From: a virus
DNA: 64,000 bases
Strand: one strand, 5' to 3'
UHGV virus genome: UHGV-1363143
In this document: piece by piece, positions 59,975 to 64,000 of the stretch
Numbering within the stretch: position 1 is the first letter of the stretch
How the letters are laid out: each line of letters opens with the position of its first letter
The notes under the pieces: generated by a model
What the model was told of the DNA's origin: nothing
The model's input: the letters and a program-made list of their open reading frames with translations, nothing else
The model's database searches: none
Made by a program: the position numbers and the translations under genes

Positions 59975-62473
59975 ATGGCTATTCATAACATTAGAATGAA
60001 AAAAAGAAACGGTTCTGATTGGATAACACTTCATCCTGAAACAATAGCAGAAAATGTAATTGTTAAAAATGGGAAAACTGTTCAATATGAATTAGATAAT
60101 CATACTCACAAATACGCTGGATCTTCGTCAGTTGGCGGTGCGGCAAATAGTGCTATAAAACTAACAACAGCCAGAACAATAAATGGTGTAGCCTTTGATG
60201 GGACAGCTAATATTAATATAGTCGATAGTAGTAAAGTGGCTCCAACCGGAACAATAGTTGCTAATAGAGTTGCGATATTTAATGATACTACAGGAAAGGT
60301 GATAAAAGATAGTGGCTTTACTATTGCTTCATCAGTACCAGCCAATGCAAAATTCACAGATACATGGAGAGGTGTTCAAGACAATTTAACATCTACTATG
60401 ACAGACCAATCACTTTCAGCAAATCAAGGAAGAATATTAAAAGGATTAGTAGATGGCAAAGCGTCCTCTTCACACACACATAATTACCTACCATTGAGTG
60501 GTGGGACTATAACCATGTCTGATTACTATGGGGTAGTCATTAAAAGAAATCATGCTAGTAATGGTAGCAGCATTGCATTTAGTAACACTACAGAACAATT
60601 AGGTGGAGTTGGATTCCAAACTGGAAGGTTTGTTGTAAGCAGTAAGACAGGCACTGACGGCGATTTAATGATAATTAATAATACTGATGTAGCATTTGGA
60701 AGTAAAACTGTAACTGCCACTAAATTTACTGGAGCATTAAGTGGTAACGCTACTACAGCAACAACACTGCAAACAGCTAGAACAATAAACGGTACAAGTT
60801 TCAATGGAAGTGCAAATATCACTACTGCAACTTGGGGTACTGCTAGAACACTAACAATAGGCAGTGCTAGTAAATCTGTAAATGGATCTGCTAATATATC
60901 ATGGACATTAGCTGAAATAGGAGCGTCTCCAACTAGTCACCTTCATGATGATAGATACTTTAGAAAAGTACAAGATATAGGTGCTAATGTAAACTTAGAT
61001 ACGTTAATAACTACTGGTAGATATCATCAAAACTCTAATGCGAATGCAACAACAGCTCTAAATTATCCAGTAGCAAAAGCTGGATTACTAAAGGTTTATA
61101 ATGACGGATATATTTATCAGGAATATCACGCTTATGATAACTCAGGGGCTTATAGGAGAACTAAGTACGGCGAGACTTGGTACAAATGGACTAGCTTACA
61201 AGGTTCATCTGGTGCAACTGGACCTCAAGGGCCTCAAGGACCACAAGGTCCAACTGGGGCGACTGGACCTCAAGGGCCAGCTGGAGTGACTCCTACGATT
61301 AAGGCAGGTACTGTAACCACTGGCGCAGCAGGAAGTAATGCAGTCGTAACTGCAACAACTTCTGGAACAACTACTACATTCAATTTTACAATTCCTAGGG
61401 GTGCTACAGGTGCTACTGGCCCACAGGGAGTTGCAGGAGCAAAAGGAGCTACTGGGGCGACTGGTCCACAAGGACCTGCTGGAGTAACACCTACAATAAA
61501 AGCAGGAACAGTTACTACAGGCGCAGCTGGAAGTAACGCTGCTGTTACAGCAACGACATCGGGTACAACTACTACTTTTAATTTCACAATTCCTAGAGGA
61601 GCAACGGGTGCTCAAGGTCCTCAGGGTGTTGCAGGTGCGAAGGGAGCTACAGGAGCTACTGGTCCACAAGGAGCAGCTGGACCTAATACTATATCAACAA
61701 CTACTACTACCAGCGGATTTACTAATGGACACTTTTTGTATAATAATAATGGAAAAGTAGCTGCACAAGCAATAACTGCTGCATCTATAGGAGCAGCAAC
61801 TTCAGGTCACAATCACGATTCTGTATATGCTAAAACATCACACTCTCACAGTTATCTTCCAACATCAGGGGGTTCATTAAGTGGAGCTCTTAATGTAAAT
61901 AGTCAAATATATCTAAATACTGGTTCAGCAACTAACTCTCATTGGTATATGAATTCAAAATGGAGTGGTAATAGTGGTACAGAATGTAGTATTTATCCAA
62001 GTAGAGAACAAGGATATGGATTCGTAGGTGCTAATAGTAATCCTATATTCCAGGGATATGCTTATAAATGGGTAGTTGCATCTAGAAGAACTGCTAAATA
62101 TAGCATTAATAAAATTTCTTCTGAAGATATGTATGACTATATTAAAAATTTAAATATTTATTTATATAGACATGATTCAAGTTCGTACAATCCTGAAACT
62201 AAAATGTTTGAAGAAAATATGAGACAAGATTTACAGTTAGGTTGTATGATAGACGAACTACCTACAGAAATTGTTAATTATGATTGCGAAGGCGGAGACG
62301 GAAAATCGGTTGATTTATATTCATATAGCACTATGATACTTGGTGCAACAAAATACCTACAAGATAAAATAGAAACTCTCGAAAATGAAAATGAATACAA
62401 AAATACAAGAATAGAAGAGTTAGAATCTAGGTTAGATAGAATGGAGGAGCTATTAAATGGCATTATTAGTTAA
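59975..62473 (+). CDS. Tail fibre with collagen-like repeats (832 aa), paralog 3, with an internal tandem duplication of the collagen/TPTIKAG unit.
   Basis: Its leader and RBS are the same as paralog 2. It has two ARTING-type repeats. It has two copies of [52 protein letters not shown]. The C-terminus is unique and ends in a coiled-coil ([26 protein letters not shown]). Confidence 0.65.
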   Translation: MAIHNIRMKKRNGSDWITLHPETIAENVIVKNGKTVQYELDNHTHKYAGSSSVGGAANSAIKLTTARTINGVAFDGTANINIVDSSKVAPTGTIVANRVAIFNDTTGKVIKDSGFTIASSVPANAKFTDTWRGVQDNLTSTMTDQSLSANQGRILKGLVDGKASSSHTHNYLPLSGGTITMSDYYGVVIKRNHASNGSSIAFSNTTEQLGGVGFQTGRFVVSSKTGTDGDLMIINNTDVAFGSKTVTATKFTGALSGNATTATTLQTARTINGTSFNGSANITTATWGTARTLTIGSASKSVNGSANISWTLAEIGASPTSHLHDDRYFRKVQDIGANVNLDTLITTGRYHQNSNANATTALNYPVAKAGLLKVYNDGYIYQEYHAYDNSGAYRRTKYGETWYKWTSLQGSSGATGPQGPQGPQGPTGATGPQGPAGVTPTIKAGTVTTGAAGSNAVVTATTSGTTTTFNFTIPRGATGATGPQGVAGAKGATGATGPQGPAGVTPTIKAGTVTTGAAGSNAAVTATTSGTTTTFNFTIPRGATGAQGPQGVAGAKGATGATGPQGAAGPNTISTTTTTSGFTNGHFLYNNNGKVAAQAITAASIGAATSGHNHDSVYAKTSHSHSYLPTSGGSLSGALNVNSQIYLNTGSATNSHWYMNSKWSGNSGTECSIYPSREQGYGFVGANSNPIFQGYAYKWVVASRRTAKYSINKISSEDMYDYIKNLNIYLYRHDSSSYNPETKMFEENMRQDLQLGCMIDELPTEIVNYDCEGGDGKSVDLYSYSTMILGATKYLQDKIETLENENEYKNTRIEELESRLDRMEELLNGIIS
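61258..61680 (+). repeat. Tandem duplication of about 200 bp, two copies, inside fibre paralog 3.
   Basis: Copy 1 is at about 61258..61455 and copy 2 at about 61456..61680. The two encode nearly identical peptide but differ at many synonymous positions. Confidence 0.6.
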
Positions 62474-62777
62474 AGATCAAATTAATCAGTTCGGAGTACA
62501 AGAAGAATATTGGAGAATATTAAAAATAAATCTTGACCTTAGATATAGATTTTGCGATATAACAGTAGGTTCGTATTATGATAAAAACACCAGGGAAGCT
62601 GGATCGGAACCTATGAACGTCAAGAAGATTAGAGCTAAGTGGTCTGACGACGAATTTAATAAATATTTCTCACCAGAAGCAATGGAATCTAATAATGAAA
62701 ATAAAAATATATATCAAATTGCCTATAACTATATAAAAGAAAAAGAAGATATCTTTGTAAATGCTTTGAATTGCTAG
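62457..62777 (+). CDS. Hypothetical small protein after the fibre genes (106 aa), possibly XkdW-like by position.
   Basis: It overlaps the fibre stop and has a GGAGGAG RBS. The call is from position only. Confidence 0.35.
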   Translation: MALLVKDQINQFGVQEEYWRILKINLDLRYRFCDITVGSYYDKNTREAGSEPMNVKKIRAKWSDDEFNKYFSPEAMESNNENKNIYQIAYNYIKEKEDIFVNALNC

Positions 62778-62778
62778 T

Positions 62779-62806
62779 AGACAGTTTTATACTGTCTCTT
62801 TTATTT
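62779..62806 (+). terminator. Rho-independent terminator.
   Basis: The stem is AGACAGT-TTTAT-ACTGTCT, followed by CTTTTATTT. Confidence 0.55.
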
Positions 62807-62873
62807 CTTAAATTCTAGATATGTAAAACAATTAAAAGATTAGGTAATTAGGTAATGAAATAAAAAAATAGGA

Positions 62874-63125
62874 GTGATAAGAATGGATATTATGAATCTT
62901 ATTGTTGACCAAGCTTTAGTACTTATACCTGTACTATATGTAATTGGTAGGTTTTTAAAAATCTCCAGTATACCAGATAAGTATATTCCAATTTCATTAT
63001 TAATCTTTGGAATAGTTTTATCAATGCTTTTAATAGGTGTATCTGTTGAAGGATTTATACAAGGAGTTTTGGTAGCGGGAGCAGCTGTATTCACTAACGA
63101 GCTTGTAAAACAATCTAACAGATAA
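62874..63125 (+). CDS. Holin-like small membrane protein (83 aa, two predicted TM helices).
   Basis: It has an AATAGGAGTGATAAG RBS. LIVDQALVLIPVLYVIGRFL and ISLLIFGIVLSMLLIGVSVEGFIQGVLVAGAAVF are hydrophobic helices. The C-terminus is charged. It lies downstream of the tail-fibre genes. Confidence 0.5.
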   Translation: MIRMDIMNLIVDQALVLIPVLYVIGRFLKISSIPDKYIPISLLIFGIVLSMLLIGVSVEGFIQGVLVAGAAVFTNELVKQSNR

Positions 63126-63130
63126 AAAGA

Positions 63131-63160
63131 TAAGCGGCTGCAATAGGTCGCTTATTTTTA
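63131..63160 (+). terminator. Rho-independent terminator.
   Basis: The stem is AAGCGGC / GTCGCTT with one G-U pair, followed by ATTTTTATT. Confidence 0.5.
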
Positions 63161-63193
63161 TTGTTTAATAATAAATAAAGAAGGTGATTATAA

Positions 63194-64000
63194 ATGGGAC
63201 AAGTACAAAGTGGATTTTATCCTCTTAGAAATCCTAATGCTGTTAGATTAATTGTGTCGTGGACGGAACAGTTATCTGGAAATAAAAATACAGTAAACTT
63301 TAGTATGACTGTTTATAGTAAATATAGAATAAGCGGTACTTGGAAATGTAGTTTTATTGCAGATGGCACTGATTTTGGAGCTCCAAGAGTAAGAATAAGT
63401 CATGGTGGCAAAACTACTCCTGGTTCTACAGTAGTAAGAAGTAACATGGTAAAAACATTTACCTATAGTGGTAGCAAAAGTATAAGTATTACTGCTGCTC
63501 TACCAGATATGGATTATTACGATGTTGATGAAGGATCAGGCAGTAGCCAAATTTATAGACCATCATTTACGACTACAATAAATTTAAAAAATAATAATTC
63601 AGCTCCTCCTACACCTAGCATTAGTTGTAATAATAGCAAAGTAGGCTCTAATTATTTGGCTGAGGGTACATTAGATATTACACTCTCTAGTGTAAAAGAT
63701 CCTGATGGAGATACTGTCAGATATGTAATTTATGGTGAACGTAAGGAACCTGGAAAAACTTATTGGGAGAAGATTGGAGATGGTAATAGTTGTTTATTAT
63801 GGTCAACTACTGCTAGAAGTGTTTCGCACAAAATAACACAATATCCAAGAGGTACTCAGTTTAGAGTATGGGGACACGCAGAAGATGGTAAGACAAAATC
63901 TGGAACAACATCAACCATAAGTAACATATGGAGAAATAAAATACCCAATCCAGTAAATGAAATACTTCCTAAAGAAGGATATTTTAATAGCGATAGTTTT
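63194..64000 (+). CDS. Hypothetical protein, 3'-partial (more than 269 aa), running off the window. It is not in the ORF table.
   Basis: An AAAGAAGGTGA RBS precedes the ATG at 63194. There is no stop codon through nt 64000. It is Ser/Thr/Gly-rich and beta-like. No lysin motif was recognised. Confidence 0.45.
   Translation, partial: MGQVQSGFYPLRNPNAVRLIVSWTEQLSGNKNTVNFSMTVYSKYRISGTWKCSFIADGTDFGAPRVRISHGGKTTPGSTVVRSNMVKTFTYSGSKSISITAALPDMDYYDVDEGSGSSQIYRPSFTTTINLKNNNSAPPTPSISCNNSKVGSNYLAEGTLDITLSSVKDPDGDTVRYVIYGERKEPGKTYWEKIGDGNSCLLWSTTARSVSHKITQYPRGTQFRVWGHAEDGKTKSGTTSTISNIWRNKIPNPVNEILPKEGYFNSDSF

Noticed and set aside
61205-61669. Minus-strand ORFs 61205..61669 (Cys/Ser/Arg-rich) and 61270..61587.
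   Set aside because: They are antisense artefacts of the GGN-periodic collagen repeat region of fibre paralog 3.
53188-62473. A diversity-generating retroelement targeting the fibre C-termini.
   Set aside because: There is no reverse-transcriptase-like ORF in the window, and no template-repeat or variable-repeat pair with adenine-specific differences. The fibre paralogs differ throughout their C-terminal domains, not at a defined variable repeat.
1-64000. An integrase, transposase or IS element, or tRNA genes marking a prophage boundary.
   Set aside because: No tyrosine or serine recombinase or DDE motifs were seen in any frame. No cloverleaf-like GC-rich 75-nt segment was seen. The window appears to lie entirely inside the structural region.

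Overview
This is a low-GC (about 30%), Firmicutes-like region with about 40 genes, all on the + strand. It is tightly packed, with TAATG and ATGA overlaps, AG-rich Shine-Dalgarno sites, and hairpin plus T-run terminators at cassette boundaries. I read it as the tail and late-structural module of a large contractile-tailed (myovirus-type) phage or prophage.

The gene order is: tail sheath with a recognisable C-terminal sheath domain; three paralogous tail-tube-like proteins, one carrying a roughly 700-aa extension; acidic chaperone-like genes; a 2078-aa tape-measure-like protein with a C-terminal hydrophobic cluster; two small membrane or coiled-coil genes; and two consecutive giant genes of 2960 and 2895 aa. 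After these come a gp25/GpW-like baseplate wedge, a J-like protein, a 1731-aa baseplate or fibre protein, several mid-sized structural proteins, and an Ala/Lys-rich coiled-coil fibre. The 3' end has three paralogous collagen-like (G-x-y) tail-fibre cassettes, each with a small chaperone and a terminator, then an XkdW-like gene, a two-TM holin-like gene and a partial ORF running off the window.

The most unusual content is the giant-gene pair. The 2960-aa protein carries an N-terminal DEDDh (DnaQ-like) 3'-5' exonuclease motif set. Near its C-terminus it has a strikingly good match to the catalytic double-psi beta-barrel of multisubunit RNA polymerase beta-prime: R-x-P-T, then 36 residues later N-Q-D-H-D-G-D, against RAPTLHR...NADFDGD. 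The adjacent 2895-aa protein begins with a staphylococcal-nuclease (SNase/thermonuclease)-like domain and ends with a long coiled-coil plus hydrophobic segment. Their position inside the tail module, between tape measure and baseplate, parallels the virion-packaged, ejected giant RNAP cargo proteins of crAss-like phages. Here it occurs in a sheath/tube (myovirus) context, and fused to nuclease domains.

No tRNA, rRNA, CRISPR, integrase or transposase signal was seen. All minus-strand ORFs look spurious.
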